Source: Centroscyllium fabricii (Eukaryota). From it: a DNA stretch of 64,000 nucleotides. The notes below the pieces were generated by a model. That model saw only the letters and a list, made by a program, of their open reading frames with translations. It did no database searches and had not been told where the DNA came from. The position numbers and the translations under genes are program-made. Below, piece after piece: positions 12,781-25,925 of the stretch (its first letter is position 1; every line of letters starts with the position of its first letter). The stretch is taken from the NCBI GenBank assembly GCA_051313645.2, contig JBNRSN020000006.1, positions 55,180,001-55,244,000 of the forward strand, given 5' to 3'.

Positions 12781-14771
12781 TAACAAAGGGATACAAAAAG
12801 TCATGAGGTGCAAAAAGGAAATATGAAAAAAACTTGTAAAGGGTATCAAAGGTTTTGAAAATATATTAAGAGAATGAAATTGGTAAAGGGGAATGTGGGT
12901 CCATTAAAGACAAATGCAGTCAAGACTCTAATGGACAATAAGGAAATGGTAAACTTGTTACATGAGTATTTTATAACTGGTTTTACTGTAGAGGGAGAGG
13001 GCAAAATAACAGCAGTACGAGGGAATCTAAAAGTAAGTCAAGGGAAAGAACGTAATGGATTAATAGACAAAGAATGGTAATGGAGAAAATAACTGGACTT
13101 AAGATGTACAAATCTCCAAAACCTGAAGATTTACACCCCAAGGTACTAAAAAAAAATGCGGATGTGTTGGTCATAATTTTCTCGATTTTGGATTTGTGCC
13201 ATTGCATTAAAAAATTGCAAATGTCATTCCATTATTTAAGAAGGGAGGGGGAAAAACAGGTAACTACAAACCTGTCAGTTTACCATCAGTTACAGGGAAG
13301 TTACTGGAATCTCTGTAATCAGAGACAGTGACTGAGCACTTGGCCAAGTATCAGCTGATCAGTGAGCCAGCAGAAATGTCTGACGGGTAGGTCATGTCTG
13401 ACTAATCGACTTGAATTTTCTGAGGAGGCCACAAGCACGGTGCATAGGGGAGTGTCTATGAATTTGTCTATATGTACTTCCAGAAGGCATTTGATAAGGT
13501 CGTGCACAAGAGATTATCGGCAGAAATGGCAGCACACAGAATTGGAGCTGACCGTATGAGGTGGATTGGTAATTGGTTGGGAGGTGGGAGACCGAGTTGG
13601 GATAAAGAGAATGCTCTGATTGGCAGGATGTGCAGTTTGGTGTTCCCCAGTGATCTCTACTGGGGGTTTAGCGTTTCACCATCTACACTAACGCTGTGGA
13701 TAAAGGAATAGAGACTTGTATATCCAAGATTGCAGATGGCATTAAGTTGGGAGGCACTGTAAATTGTGTAGATGGGAGCAGGAAATTATAAAGATACATC
13801 GACAGATTAAATGAGTGGGCAAAACTGTGGCAGATGGAGTTCAATGTGGAAGTGCGAGGTCATCCACTTTGGATTCAAGAAAGACAAATCAGAATATTTT
13901 CTTAATGACAAGAGCCTAGGAGCTGTGGAGGAGCAGAGAGATTCAGATGTCCAAGTACACAAATCATGATACGAAAAATAATTAAAAGAGCTCTATCTCA
14001 AGGGAGTTTGAATATAAAAGTGCTTCAGTCATACAGCCTTGATCAGAGCCCGTCTGGAGTACCATGTTCAGTTTAGGGCACTGTACCTCAGGAAAGATAT
14101 CAAAGGCGGGTACATGGAGTCGAGGCACAGATGATCTAAGTGAATGGCGGAGAAGATTAAGGGGCAGAATGGTCGTCTCCTGTTTTTATGTTCCTATCAA
14201 TTTTTGAATGTTTGGTGTTTTAAGGACATTGTTGTGAAGTAGTAAATTTGTAAAATTGAGCTAAGTGTGTGTTCAAGTACCTGCCAACTGTGCACCAACA
14301 GGCTCCCAAAACAAATGACTTCTGTTTTTGCTATGCTAGGATTTAAATGGGCAAATTATGTGAATCATTTGATTTTGACTCTAATTCAGCTCTAGGCAAT
14401 TTAAAGCTGGACTGTCCTGGTATAATGCCCAGAGCAATAGTGGGAATGATAATTTGTGATTAGCATTGAAGCTGTTGTTTCTGCTTTCTGACATGAGTCT
14501 GATCCTGTTCTATTCAAGCTCCCATTATGTAGATTCAAACTGTGTGTTGAGTGAATTGTGCTACACGTATTAGGCACTCTGGTTTCGGTAAAACTCTGAA
14601 AGCTGCTGCACATGGTCCAAGTTGAGAAGGGGACTGAGTGCACCTGAATTGCATGAGTGAGATGCAGTTTTATTGCGCCAATCCAGGTAAATGTAACAAA
14701 GGCAGTAACTGTTGTTCTGCTGCATCAAGCAGTGAGATTCTTGGTTTCTTTCCCCCCCCCACCTTGTAGTA

Positions 14772-15424
14772 CAGGTTGAGCACCATTAATCCGGCACAGG
14801 CGGGATCAGGCCCATGCCGGGAAAGCAAAAATCCCGAATGATTGAAGCTTCAGCGAGCGCATGCGCAGACCACTCAAAATGGCCGCTACGAAAGGCCGGT
14901 GGCCATTTTGAGTGGTCTGCGCTTGTCGTTCGGGGAGGCCCGGCATCGTTCGGAGACTCGCAGAGTCCCGACTGGGGCTGACTCGCGGAGGCTCGCAGAG
15001 CCCCGGCTCGGGGTGGCCTGCAGAGCCCCGGTTGGCGGAGGCTCGCAGAGCTCGGTGGGTGGCTCGCGGAGGCTTGGGGCGACTCGCAGAGCCCCGGCTG
15101 GGGACGGCTCGCAGAGCCCCGACTCGGGGGCGACTCGCAGAGCCCCGGCTCGGGGGGTGGCTCACGGAGGCTTGGGGCGACTCGCAGAGCCCTGACTGGG
15201 GACGGCTCGCAGAGCCCTGGCTCGGGGTGGCTCACGAAGGTTCGGGATCGGCTCGGCCATTTTGAATGATCTGCGCATGCGCTCGCCGTTCGGCGGCGCA
15301 TGCGCAGATCATTCGCCAAAGCATCAATCGCGGCGGTCATTTTGCGCAGGGCAGTCAGGGCGATTTGTGCCGGACGTTCGAAGTTGCCGGCTTTTCGGGT
15401 AACGGATTAATGGTGTTCAGCCTG
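14772..15424 (+). mobile_element. pogo/Tigger-like MITE copy 1, with internal GC minisatellite
   Basis: TA|CAGGTTGAGCACCATTAATCC...GGATTAATGGTGTTCAGCCTG|TA. Repeats of ctcgcagagccccggctcgggg at about 14957-15240. Confidence 0.88.
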
Positions 15425-18400
15425 TACTGTAAATATCCTAATATTTTTGATACTGGTGACTCTGAATAGTCCTTGCCAATCGCTGATTTTTAATCACTTG
15501 TTTCATTTATCTCCATTTTGATTTACTATGGTGGCCTTTATTGACTATTTTACACACCAGTTCCCTGGAACTCATTTTGCTTAACTATACAAAGGCGGTG
15601 ACTGTTCAACCTTGTTCAGTGATACTCATTTCCTGTAAGTTTACCAGCAATTTTATAGGTTAGATGAGAAGTCAATATGCTCTATTTAAAAATGATGGCG
15701 TGATTCCAAAATGAAACTCTGCTTCAGTTCTACATTGTGTAATCTTACACCGATAAGTCATGCTCTTATGAATTTATTTCCCTGTACAAGTAAAGGACAC
15801 GTGATTGTGATTTTCTTTTGGGGGGGGTGAGGGGTTGGAAATTTAACAAACTTCAGGATATTTAAAGGGAACCAAAGTTAGCTAAGTGGCATAGAATAGG
15901 ATTATCAATATGTAATAAATTAGTTTTGATTTATTTTTCTGTTGTCCTAATGAATTAGTCATTGTTGTAGCCAAATGCACTTTGATCCCTTCCTAAATTT
16001 TAAAATCAATGGTTGGTAAGAGTTATTCATGGTCTCCAGTTTCCAAAATATTAAATTGAAAGGATATTTGCATTATTACAAGGGGGGAGGGGAAAGAAAT
16101 AATGAACTCCCAGGATCTTGGTGGCCTAATAGCTGAACAGTACAGCATTGCATTCGCTCCTGCCGACCACTGTTTCCTTTTTCTGGTACAGTATTGTTTG
16201 TAGCTGCTTCCTGTACTGGCTAAGTTAAATAGTCACGTAGGTCTCAACTTTGGGAGCTCCATCATAACTTGATTTCCACAGTATTAACTTAAGACCGGCT
16301 GCCTTGTACAGTTCTGAGGAGTATTAAACACCAACCATTCACAAAGTGCAGTTTTGAGATTTTTATTTTCTCTCCATGGCCTAACAGTTCCATAAGTAGA
16401 TATTGTCCCTGTGACCTGGAATCTGTATCTTTTCGTTACTTTGACTGAAGTAACAACTACTTCCAAATAATTCATAATATAAAGCCCCAATAATCCGCAA
16501 TTGCTGAAAGTTATATATGGGATGAGTTTGGGTGTCTGCGTTAAGAATCGAAGCTTTTATTTACTTGGGCATTCAACTCATTGCTGTTTGTGGGAGCTTG
16601 CTGTGCACAAAAAGGCTAACTACACTTCGAAGTGATTCATTGTATTGAGAATGAGATGAAACACTGCTTGAATTCAAGTTTTTTTTTTGTTACTGCATGG
16701 TGAATTTAGCATCGTTTTGTACTGTCCTTAAATCTTTTTCTTTTGTTTAAAGCTCTCTGCTTTTAACTGCTCCGGTGTTGACTCAATGATAGAGATTCTC
16801 GAACAAACTCGTCCTTAATATGTACATGCAATTAACAAAAAAAAAAAAAGATGTCACTAATGTCGGGTGGAGATCCAGAAAGATATAAATACTTTGCATG
16901 TCTGTATCAAACATACAAATCTTCAGTTCTTTTTGATTAATTTGATTAATGCTGCTCGTTAAAACAAGGCCATCATTCAAATTGATTTTTTGATCAGCCA
17001 CAGTCTGGTCTTTTATGCAAATGAGACCACAATTAAAACTTTTGAAACCATATAACCCCATAGGAAATATGTGAGTGTATCCAGGCACAAGCTGCTGTGG
17101 TAGAAATAAGATTATGCAGGAGTAAAGTTTTACTTTTTGTTAAGAAAATTGTCACTTGATTTAATTTTTAAAAATAGAATCCAAAAATGACATTAACAAC
17201 TTGCATTTATTAGCGTCTTCAGCCTAGAAAAAGTACCAAACCGCTTCTCACAGGTGTAATCAAAAAATGGACACGGCGCCAAAGAAGATATTCAGAGGGG
17301 TGACTTGGTCAAAGAGTTGGCCTTAAAGGAGGAAAGGGAGGTGGAAAGATAGAGGGGTCTCGGGAGAACATTCCAGAGAGTAGGGCCTAGGTGACTAAAG
17401 ACAGAGCCACCAATGGTAGGACGAAGGGAGGGGTGATGCACAAGAGGCCAGAGTCCGAGAGCGTGGATGGGTTGTAGGAAGTTACAGGGATAAGGAGGGG
17501 TGAGACTATGAAGGGATTTAAACATAAGATTTTTACATTTTAGATGTTCGGGACCAGGATAGGAATAAAGAGCGGAGTTTTGGATGAGTTGAAGTTTACC
17601 GAAGGTGGAGAATATCCGGTTGGCCAGGTGATTATTGGAATAGTTGAGTCTTAAGATGACACATGCATGGATGAGGATTTTTGCAGCTGATTGACTGAGG
17701 CGGGGCAGAGGCGGGTGATGTTGGACGTGGAAGAAGGCAGTCTTTGTGATGGAGAGGTTATGGGATTGGAAGCTCAATGTAGTTGCGAACAGTCAGACAG
17801 TGGTCAGGAAGGGCTACAATTGGTGGCAAGGATATGGAGTTTGTATTGGGGGCTGAAGATGTTGACTTCAGTCTTCCCAATGATTAGTTTGAGGAACGTG
17901 GGGCTCATCCAAGATTGGATGTCAAGTAAGCGGTCTTAACAGCACAGACGGTGGAGGGGTTGAGAGAGATGGTGGGTTGGTACAGATGGGTGTCATCAGC
18001 GTACATGTGGAAGCTGACGCCACATCTTCAGATGATGCCACCAAGGGGTAGCATGTAGATGAGGATGAGAAGGGAGCAAATGATGCATCCCAAGGGTGAT
18101 TTCAGAAGTAACGTATGGGGATGGGAAGAGACACCATTGCTTGAGATGCTCTGGCTATGATCGGATAGGTAAGAGTGAAACCAAGCGAGGGCAGTCCCAA
18201 CAAGCTGGACGAGGGAAGGAAGGCTTTGGAGAAGAATGGTGTCGGATTGCAAAAGTGATGGGGGGGGATAATGCACCACAGCCACAGAGAATCGTGTTTG
18301 TGACTTGCTTAGGGCCGTTTCAGTGCTGTGGCAAGGGCAGAAACTTGATTGGAGAGGTTCAAGCATAGTTACCAGAAAAGTGGGAACAGATTTGGGAGGC

Positions 18401-18562
18401 GATAACTTCTTCAGAGACTTTAGGAAAGGGAGGTTGGAGATGGCGCATAGTTTGGAAGGTCTGTGGGGTCTAGTTTTTTTTTGAGGAGTATGATGGCGGG
18501 GCTGAAAGGGAGGGGGCAGATCATAAGGAGAGGGAACCATTTGCAATGTCAGCTAATATGGG

Positions 18563-18711
18563 TTTCGGAGCGCTGCTCCTGACTTCACCTGATGAAGGAG
18601 CAGACGCTCCGAAAGCTTGTGATTTCAAATAAAGCTGTTGGACTATGACCTGGTGTTGTGGGACTTCTTGCATTTGTCCACCCCAGTCCAACACCGGCAC
18701 CTCCACATCAT
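18563..18711 (+). mobile_element. Penelope-derived insert, copy 2 (short inverted 5' piece), nested in L2
   Basis: 12-bp TSD agctaatatggg at 18551-18562 and 18712-18723. Confidence 0.85.
18585..18622 (+). ncRNA. Minimal type I hammerhead ribozyme motif (intact)
   Basis: UCAC-CUGAUGA-A-GGAGC(AGAC)GCUCC-GAAAGCUU-GUGA: stem I UCAC/GUGA, 5-bp stem II, palindromic AAGCUU. Confidence 0.78.
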
Positions 18712-19742
18712 AGCTAATATGGGGACCAAGAACTGAAGTTGGGTGGTCAGCGGTTTAGCGGGATTAGGGTGAAACATTTTCAGACCAAGCATGGGTGGAG
18801 ATGGGACAGAAGCTACAGAGTTGTGTGTTCAGGGCTCGGGCAGGTTTCCATGGCATGGGGAAAGTGGGGAAACAGCAGAGGCAGCTGAACAGATAGTCTC
18901 AATCTTGGTGCCAAATGGCCTTGCTCATCAATATCTATTGGCTATCTTGTGGTTGGCTATTGTATGGATCATTAGGAATTCTCCTGATTACTGCCCAATA
19001 TGACCACTCATTCGCTGAATTAATTATACATCCGTTGTTGAACAGCAACTGTAGCCATCCGCAGTGTAGGCACTCGCACTCTGTCCTTTCTGGCTATACT
19101 ACATGCACACCGCTTCATCTTTGGGGTTGGGGGCGTGGTGTGGAATGCTAACCCTGACAGGCGGACAAGATTAAAATGAAAATCTACTGGATTGTGAAGC
19201 TCCCTTCCCCGAGGATTCTTTCAGGGTGTTGCTAAATTGAACGACTGAAAAGCTAGCCAATTTAACCAAAATTCCCTTATTTAGTAATGAGAACAAATGA
19301 GTAATGGACGAGCAATCTTTATTTCCTCTCCATGGATTTTAGCATTCAGAGTTCTTGGATATTGCAAGACCTGGTTAAGAGCTGTTCACTTGAAAATTCA
19401 TATAAGGCTGCTTTGTAAATACAAATTCTGATGGTCAGGAAAACCTATCAATCTGCTTTAAACAACAGGTAAAATCTCAGTCTGCATTTTCCTATGTCAA
19501 CTGGGAATAATTGGTCATTTTTTAAAAATAATGGTTAGAACATGCAGTGTTTGTCTTGCATTAATAATTGTGTCTAAGCTATTTTGTTTACTCATTTGCT
19601 TACTGTCTGTGCTAGTTATAATGTTTAACCTCACACAGGGCTGTTCTGTGGTCTGAACCTCCTGGGGTAGGGGGAGCGTGAGGGTGGCGGGTGTGGGGTG
19701 AGATAAGACCACCAGGCCCATCCAGTTCAACCTCTAGTACTA

Positions 19743-20165
19743 CAGGTTGAACTTCGTTGATCCGGCACCCGAGAAACCGGCAGCTTCAGACGTCCGGCAC
19801 AGATTTCCCCGAGTGGTCGGCGCATGCGCAGTGGTGCTCCTCGCCGTCCGCAATCCTCGACTGGCCTGCGCATGCGCAGCGGCGCTCTTCGACGCTTCCT
19901 GCGCTTCACAAAAAACCCCGTACCTGACATGAAGCTCGGGCCCCGTGAAGTGTTGGACCGGGCTCCCTCCCGGGGCCTTTCCCGAATGCGCACTGGTCCT
20001 GACGGCGTGGCTTCAGCCGCACCCGACCTTCTGGGGGGTGTCCGCAACCATGCCTGACCTTCTGGGGCGTGTCCCCATCGAGTGCTCCAATCCGCTGAGG
20101 CCTCACCGACTGCTTTACCGGCGAGCTACAGAGCTCCATCTTGCAGAGTGTGTGTCGTCGTCGTC

Positions 20166-20196
<31 letters not shown>

Positions 20197-20536
20197 GTAC
20201 TCTGCTCTGTTCCACCCGTGAGCCGCGGGCAGTTGTACTACTCGACCCGGAAAGCTTTGAAATCGCCCCGTACTCTGCTCTGTTCCACCCGCGAGCCGCG
20301 GGGAGTTGTACTGCTCCACCCGGAAACCGCCCCGTGCTCTGCTCTGCCTCCACCCGCGCGCTGCGGCCACTTGCACTGGTCTGCGCGTGCTGCAGCCATT
20401 TCGAATGTTCTGCGCATGCGCACGGCCATTTTGAATGGTCCACGCATGCGCTCGGGACAGCTTCATTCGTTCGGGTTTTTCAGTATTCCGGCACGGGCCT
20501 GGTCCCGACCCTGCTGGATCAACGAAGTTCAACCTG
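19743..20536 (-). mobile_element. pogo/Tigger-like MITE copy 2 (distinct TIR variant)
   Basis: TA|CAGGTTGAACTTCGTTGATCC...GGATCAACGAAGTTCAACCTG|TA is a perfect 21-bp TIR. Internal poly-C and a duplicated unit of about 70 bp. Confidence 0.9.
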
Positions 20537-20804
20537 TATTGGTGACTGGAGTTCATTCGCGGCACCCAATACTGTTCTTTTTTTAAGTGGAGATTTTCTG
20601 ACTGTTTTTCGTTGTTGTTTCTGGAGGGATTTTCTTGGCCCTGAAGTAAGTCATGCTTTAGAATTCAGGTTTACGGGGTGAGAGTCTCCCAAATAGGCAC
20701 TTTTTTAAGGTAAGCTTGAATAACTAACACTGCGTTAGATTTTCTGTAAATGTTGCCACGACACCTGTATTTTGTTTGCTAGTGTAGAATATTATTTTGT
20801 GAAT

Positions 20805-21477
20805 GCCAAAATGTCTAGTTCATATTGAGAGAATGGTTAGCAAAGCATATGGGATCTTGGGCTTCATAAATAGAGGTATTGAGTACAAAAGTGGAGAAGT
20901 TATGCTGAATCTTTATAAAGCGCGGGTCAGGCCACAACTGGAGTATTACTTCCAGTTCTGGTCACCACACTTTAGGAAGGATGTGAAGGCCCTTGAGAGG
21001 GTGAAGAGGAGATTTACCAGAATAATTCCGGGGATGGGGGATCTTGGCTACCAGGACAGGTTGGAGAAGCTGGATTTGTTTTCATTAGAGCAAAGGAGGT
21101 TGAGGAGTGATTTGATAGAGGTGTACAAGATTATGACTGGTTCGGATAGGCTAGACGGGGAAAGGCTGTTCCCACTAGTTGAAGGTACAAGGACTAAGGG
21201 ACACGGATTTAAGGTTTTGGGCAAGAGATATATAGGGGGGATGTGAGGAAAAACGTTTTTACGCAGCGGGTGGCGAGGACCTGGAACTCGCCGACGAGGT
21301 GGTGGAGGCGGAGACACTCTGTGTTTAAGCGGAGACTGGATTGGCACGTGAGGGAAATAAACTTGCAGGGCTACGGGGATAGAGCGGGGGAATGGGACTG
21401 ACTGGATTGCTCTACAGAGAGCCGGCACGGACTCGATGGGCCGAATGGCCGCCTCCTGTGCCATATGACTCTTGACT
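20805..21477 (+). mobile_element. CR1 LINE 3' fragment (different subfamily)
   Basis: VRPQLEYYFQFWSP, LERVKRRFTR, RLRSDLIEVYKI. Tail atgactcttgactc. Confidence 0.9.
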
Positions 21478-22815
21478 CATTACCATTGCAGAGCTCAAAA
21501 TTAATGCTGGTCTGTTGAGACAAAAAAACAACAGATCCAGCAATGACCTATACTACTGGTCCAGTGGGAATGGCGAATATATTCCAAAATGTTTGTGCTG
21601 TGCATTCTGATTTCATGTGCAGGAAAATTTGTGGTTTCAACAAACACGCTTGGCAGTTACTGATTCTGTGGTATTTAAGCCCTGCATTGTTTTGTTTTGC
21701 CTCCATTACAGTTGCTTCAGATATTTTAGTTCGTTGGTAGTTATTCTGGGGTGTGTGAAGTTCATGCCCCAATTCCAGTTCAAAGACCATTTTGTACACG
21801 GAGGGATGAGTGCTATCTTCGTTTAAGTAAACATGCCTGTCTTGTAAGCTTCACTAAATACATGGGAATGTCAAATACGTATTTTATGGTTGGTTGAAGT
21901 TTCATTTTATCTGCATAAAAATAATAGGAGTTGGTGGATAACTTGCTAGTTTTGTGGCTTGTGTGGCCTTTTTTGTTGAAAATAAGTAGGGTTTCTAAAG
22001 ACATTTTCTTAATTATTTCTGTATGTACAAATGACTGTCTTTGACGTTAGTGAATCAGATTAAACACTTGAAAGGGCAAAATAAGACTGGAGAAGTCCCT
22101 CAGTTGATTCTCATAAAAATGAGTGGGGTGCATATACATGCATGTATTTTCTTCCTCTGTACTCTGCACCTTTTCATGAGTGAGGATGGCCAAGCGACAT
22201 GTTCATATCTAGCAATGCTTTTTCAAGCTAACCTGCACCACCACTCTGTTGAATTCCCTCACATTTCTTTTCTTTCTCTCTCGCCCTCCCCTGAGAGAAA
22301 ATGCTTGGCCTCCGCTTGGCACCTCTCCATAGCAGCACAGCTGAGATGTGTATTTCAGCAGATTGGGACTGCCCAATGCAAACTGCCTCCCTTGTTTCCT
22401 CATTCAATAGTTGGCATACTTTTAACATCAGAAATATGTTTTTGTATGTTGCTGTGCTAGGTTTGCGGTTCTTTGTAAAAGAAAAATAGCCTGCAACTGC
22501 CTGTCTTGGCTAAAGTTTACATGAAGTGCCATTCTGTACAGGAAGCTATTTTTCATGATTTTAAAAAATGTGGTTCTGTTGCATACTTCCCCTTGTTTGT
22601 TTTCTGACCTTTAAACTAGTGTTTGTTAGCTATGTAGCACAAACGTTGAAGGTGCATATAGTTTAACGAATGTTCTTTAAAACCATATCAAATCAAAAGT
22701 TAGCAGTGATCAGCAATGTTAGAAGTGATTATACTGGTGCACAGAATGTGTAATACCATTTATAGCAAGGGTATGATTGAAAGATTTAACAGTTTCCTGT
22801 TCTTTCCTTTTACAG

Positions 22816-22977
22816 AAATTCCAGGAATGCTTTTTCCAGTAAACTGCCTTGTGATCTCTCATGGGTAGCCACATTTGATGAATGCGAGAGTTATAGAACA
22901 TGGATTAAGAGTTGGAAGAACACTGCTTTGCAGCAAGTTTCCAGGGCTGGAACCTCTGAAAGAGGGGTGCAAGAGAA
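22816..22977 (+). other. RNF19A: 5' UTR portion of the first coding exon of RNF19A
   Basis: Polypyrimidine tract and acceptor tctttccttttacag end at 22815. An in-frame TGA at 22957-22959 precedes the ATG at 22978. Use of this acceptor is inferred. Confidence 0.6.
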
Positions 22978-23564
22978 ATGAGTTTACATCGCAATCAGCA
23001 AATGGGATCGGACCGTGACCTGCAGTCCTCTGCATCCTCAGTCAGTTTACCTTCTGTTAAAAAGGCACCAAAGAAACGCCGTCTTTCACTCGGGTCTCTG
23101 TTTCGAAGGAAAAAAGAGTCAAAACGAAAGTCCAGGGACTTAAATGGAGGAGTTGATGGAATTGCAAGTATTGAAAGCATTCATTCAGAGCTATGTAATG
23201 ACAAGAACTCCATGTTGTCAACCTGTGGCTCTTCTGAAAGTGGGACTGCATCCACTGACAAACAAAGTGGAGACTTTCTTGAATGCCCTCTGTGCCTTTT
23301 ACGTCACTCTAAGGACAAATTTCCAGATATTATGACTTGCCACCACAGGTCGTGCGCAGACTGCTTACGGCAGTACTTGCGGATCGAGATCTCCGAAAGT
23401 AGGGTCAATATCAGCTGCCCAGAGTGCACCGAGAGATTCAATCCCCATGACATCCAATTGATTTTAAATGATGATTTGCTGATGGAGAAGTATGAGGAAT
23501 TTATGCTACGCCGGTGGCTGGTGGCAGATCCAGACTGCAGATGGTGCCCTGCTCCAGATTGTGG
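22978..23564 (+). CDS. RNF19A: RNF19A coding exon 1: N-terminus, RING1, start of IBR
   Basis: [35 protein letters not shown]...CPLCLL...CHHRSCADC...CPEC...[10 protein letters not shown] matches RNF19A as recalled. Donor GG|gtaagg at 23564/23565, phase 2. Confidence 0.96.
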
Positions 23565-24807
23565 GTAAGGAAAGACCAGATTGGATGTAATGGTTGTCAC
23601 GTAGGGGAAGGAAACATGGAAACATAGAAACATAGAGGAAGAGGAGAAGAGGGATCACGTGGGTTGGTTTACTTCCAGGTGTATCAAAATAGTGCCATTT
23701 TGGAGTTATTAAGTGTGTTCTGTCAACCCAGTAAAGCACTGATTTTTCATTTATCTGCTGCCCCAATAGATATGATATGCTTTTATTGCTATCATAACAT
23801 TAAACATTATCATTAGGTCAGCCTAATTTTTCACACTGCAAGTTGCCCCTTCTGCAGAATCAACTGCAAAGTTATATAACATCAAACACTTAAGTTACAA
23901 TGCCTGGAAGTCTCTGGTCGAATGCATCCTGTTCACGTGGTAACTTTCTGACTCGAGCATTCAGCATTTGATTGAAACACTAGAAAAAATATCTTTAGTC
24001 CACTTGCTCGTAATTCCATTTTGAGCCAATATTTTCTCTCTGGTTTTGTGTGTCTAGGCTGATTTATATTGTACTTAAACATTTAAGATGTTAATGTGAT
24101 TGCAATTTAGAATGACTTGTACAATTTAAAAGCATGCAATTGTAATTTTATCCATTGGTGAAATCACTTGGACCAGTATGTGAATCGAACCCTGAGGTTT
24201 GCTGCTCAGAAATTGCCTGCAAGGTGTGACTTGTGCAACAGATTTGATGGTAGCTGTCTTCGTCTCTGTGGTTTCTCTCAACTCTCTGCACAGTGCTCCC
24301 CCGATATGTTCATCAAGTCATTTAGCGAATCAGCTGCTTGTGCAGATTAAGAAGGTCACACATTTTGTCATCGTCTGTCAGTTGATTCCTGCCCTGCCCA
24401 GCAGCAGGGCTCCACAATTGGGCTAAGTGCCCCTGGTTAAAGTGGAGGAATATCGGCCGTGGTTCCCACTTGAGGTAGAGGCAGATTAGTCATGGATCTT
24501 GCTCCTGATCGCTATTTAACAATGCCTGCTGAAAATGTGTGTTTGCAGGAATTAGGTGAGGATCGAATTGGGCTCCAAAGTGATATTCTTCCCGTTAAAT
24601 AGCTCGATGGCACTCGCTGTCAAAGCTGCTTTGACACGGTACACCATAGATGCTCCGTGCCTGTGATACCTTCCCCTAGCAAGGAGTTGATGCTTTCAGG
24701 GGTGGAAGAAAATTGTCAGTAAAAAAAAAAAAAAACACACGCATTGACAGAACTATTTACACAACTTATTCAGGAATGCTGGAAGAGGTCTCAAAGACAC
24801 ACACTAT

Positions 24808-25550
24808 GGGCGAAAAATTTGGTGCCTTGGTGCCTCCCATTATCGCCTCTGGGGGGGCGCTAAGGTGCTTGCGTGCGTGATGCTATCAATATCCGTGAAA
24901 TTCACCTGCCAGTTTGTGGCGGCGGTGCCCCTATCGCCATATCTGCTTGCGGCCAGAGATCAAGATGTCATCCGTCGTGTGGCACCCCGGACCTGAAATT
25001 CATTTCCACCGTGAAACATCGGCGGGCGAAAGCAACGCCAGTTTCAGGGGATGTGCATCTGCCGACTGGCCGCTTCGGGGGCAATGCTTAAAGGCGAGGT
25101 GGCCAAGGTAAGTTTAATTTTTTTTTAAAAGACCTTTTTGGAACATTGTTTTTCCGCGGGTTCCTGCCCGCAATCGATTAGCCCGACACTCTGAGTGAGT
25201 GCTGGGCTGATCGCGTGGGTTCGCTCTCCCTTGGTGGTCCAGGTAGGTGGTCTTTCTTTTGCAGAGTCTGCAGCGATGGCCCTTCCCTTTGCGAGGGAAG
25301 GAGCCTCCTGACGCAGCAGTGCTGCACGGCCCAGTGTGCCGCGCTGCCGAGCTCTCTGCCCCGCCGGCGGCCGATCGTGCTCCGAGGGAAGTGGAGCGTT
25401 TGACTTATCGCTCCACCTCCCTCTTAGAGCGAGAAAACAGAATTTTTCAAAAGTTAGAAAAACATAGTCTGTCGCTAATTTTCCAAACTATTAAAAGTTA
25501 CTGCCCCAAACGCAATCTCTCTCCCCCGGTATGCCGGACTGGCCAAATAT
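24808..25550. mobile_element. Degenerate GC-rich non-autonomous DNA element fragment
   Basis: Sharp CpG-rich island starting GGGCGAAAAATT, resembling the termini at 7433 and 30127. I found no right TIR. Confidence 0.45.
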
Positions 25551-25925
25551 GAAAATGGTAACTCTGCCTTTCTTCCTTAAAAGAATAATCTTGAGAATGT
25601 GAGCAGCTGTTATCCTCTAGTGTTCACGTAAAAAGTACACGGTCTGATTTTAAGACGAGGAGAAAACCTTTTTCTCTCTAACACCTTTTCAGTAGCCTAT
25701 TTAGTGGCTGTTCTACTGTTTTGGGAATTTCCAAGTTTGGATATTGAAAAGTGATATTTGTCATTCAGTCCTGGCACCTTCAGCTGCTCATTGCTTTGAA
25801 TAATGCTGCATTAGAAAAATATGAAGATAGCATTCCTAATTGCTGCAATTGTGCAGTAAGATCTGAAATCAATAACATTTCGGTTAGTAATCAACTTTTC
25901 TTTTTAGGGGAAAAAAAAAACTTGT

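Larger units (their letters stand above)
11255..14197 (+). mobile_element. Old degenerate CR1 LINE (endonuclease through RT and 3' UTR), interrupted by younger inserts
   Basis: Remnants ETWIQ, MGDF, ILDLVM, NDHNMIEF, GRSCLTNRLEF, YFQKAFDKVVH and WQMEFNV. Tail tttatgttcctat at about 14197. Confidence 0.8.
17195..18910 (-). mobile_element. L2 LINE fragment (degenerate RT plus 3' end)
   Basis: Minus-strand remnants QSSFCPCHSTETAL, ALAWFHSYLSD, LIHACVILRLNYSN, KLQLIQNSA and PTLWNVLP. Tail aacaacttgcatttat. Confidence 0.85.

Noticed and set aside
14957-15240. Repeat array superficially like CRISPR
   Set aside because: The repeats are degenerate and tandem with no unique spacers, there are no cas genes, and the context is a vertebrate intron.
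14786-15340. Overlapping 117-184 aa ORFs on both strands
   Set aside because: They arise from the stop-poor GC minisatellite inside MITE copy 1 and show no domain signature.
19906-20681. 199-219 aa Pro/Gly-rich ORFs
   Set aside because: They are produced by poly-C and GC-rich MITE sequence, with no transposase motifs.
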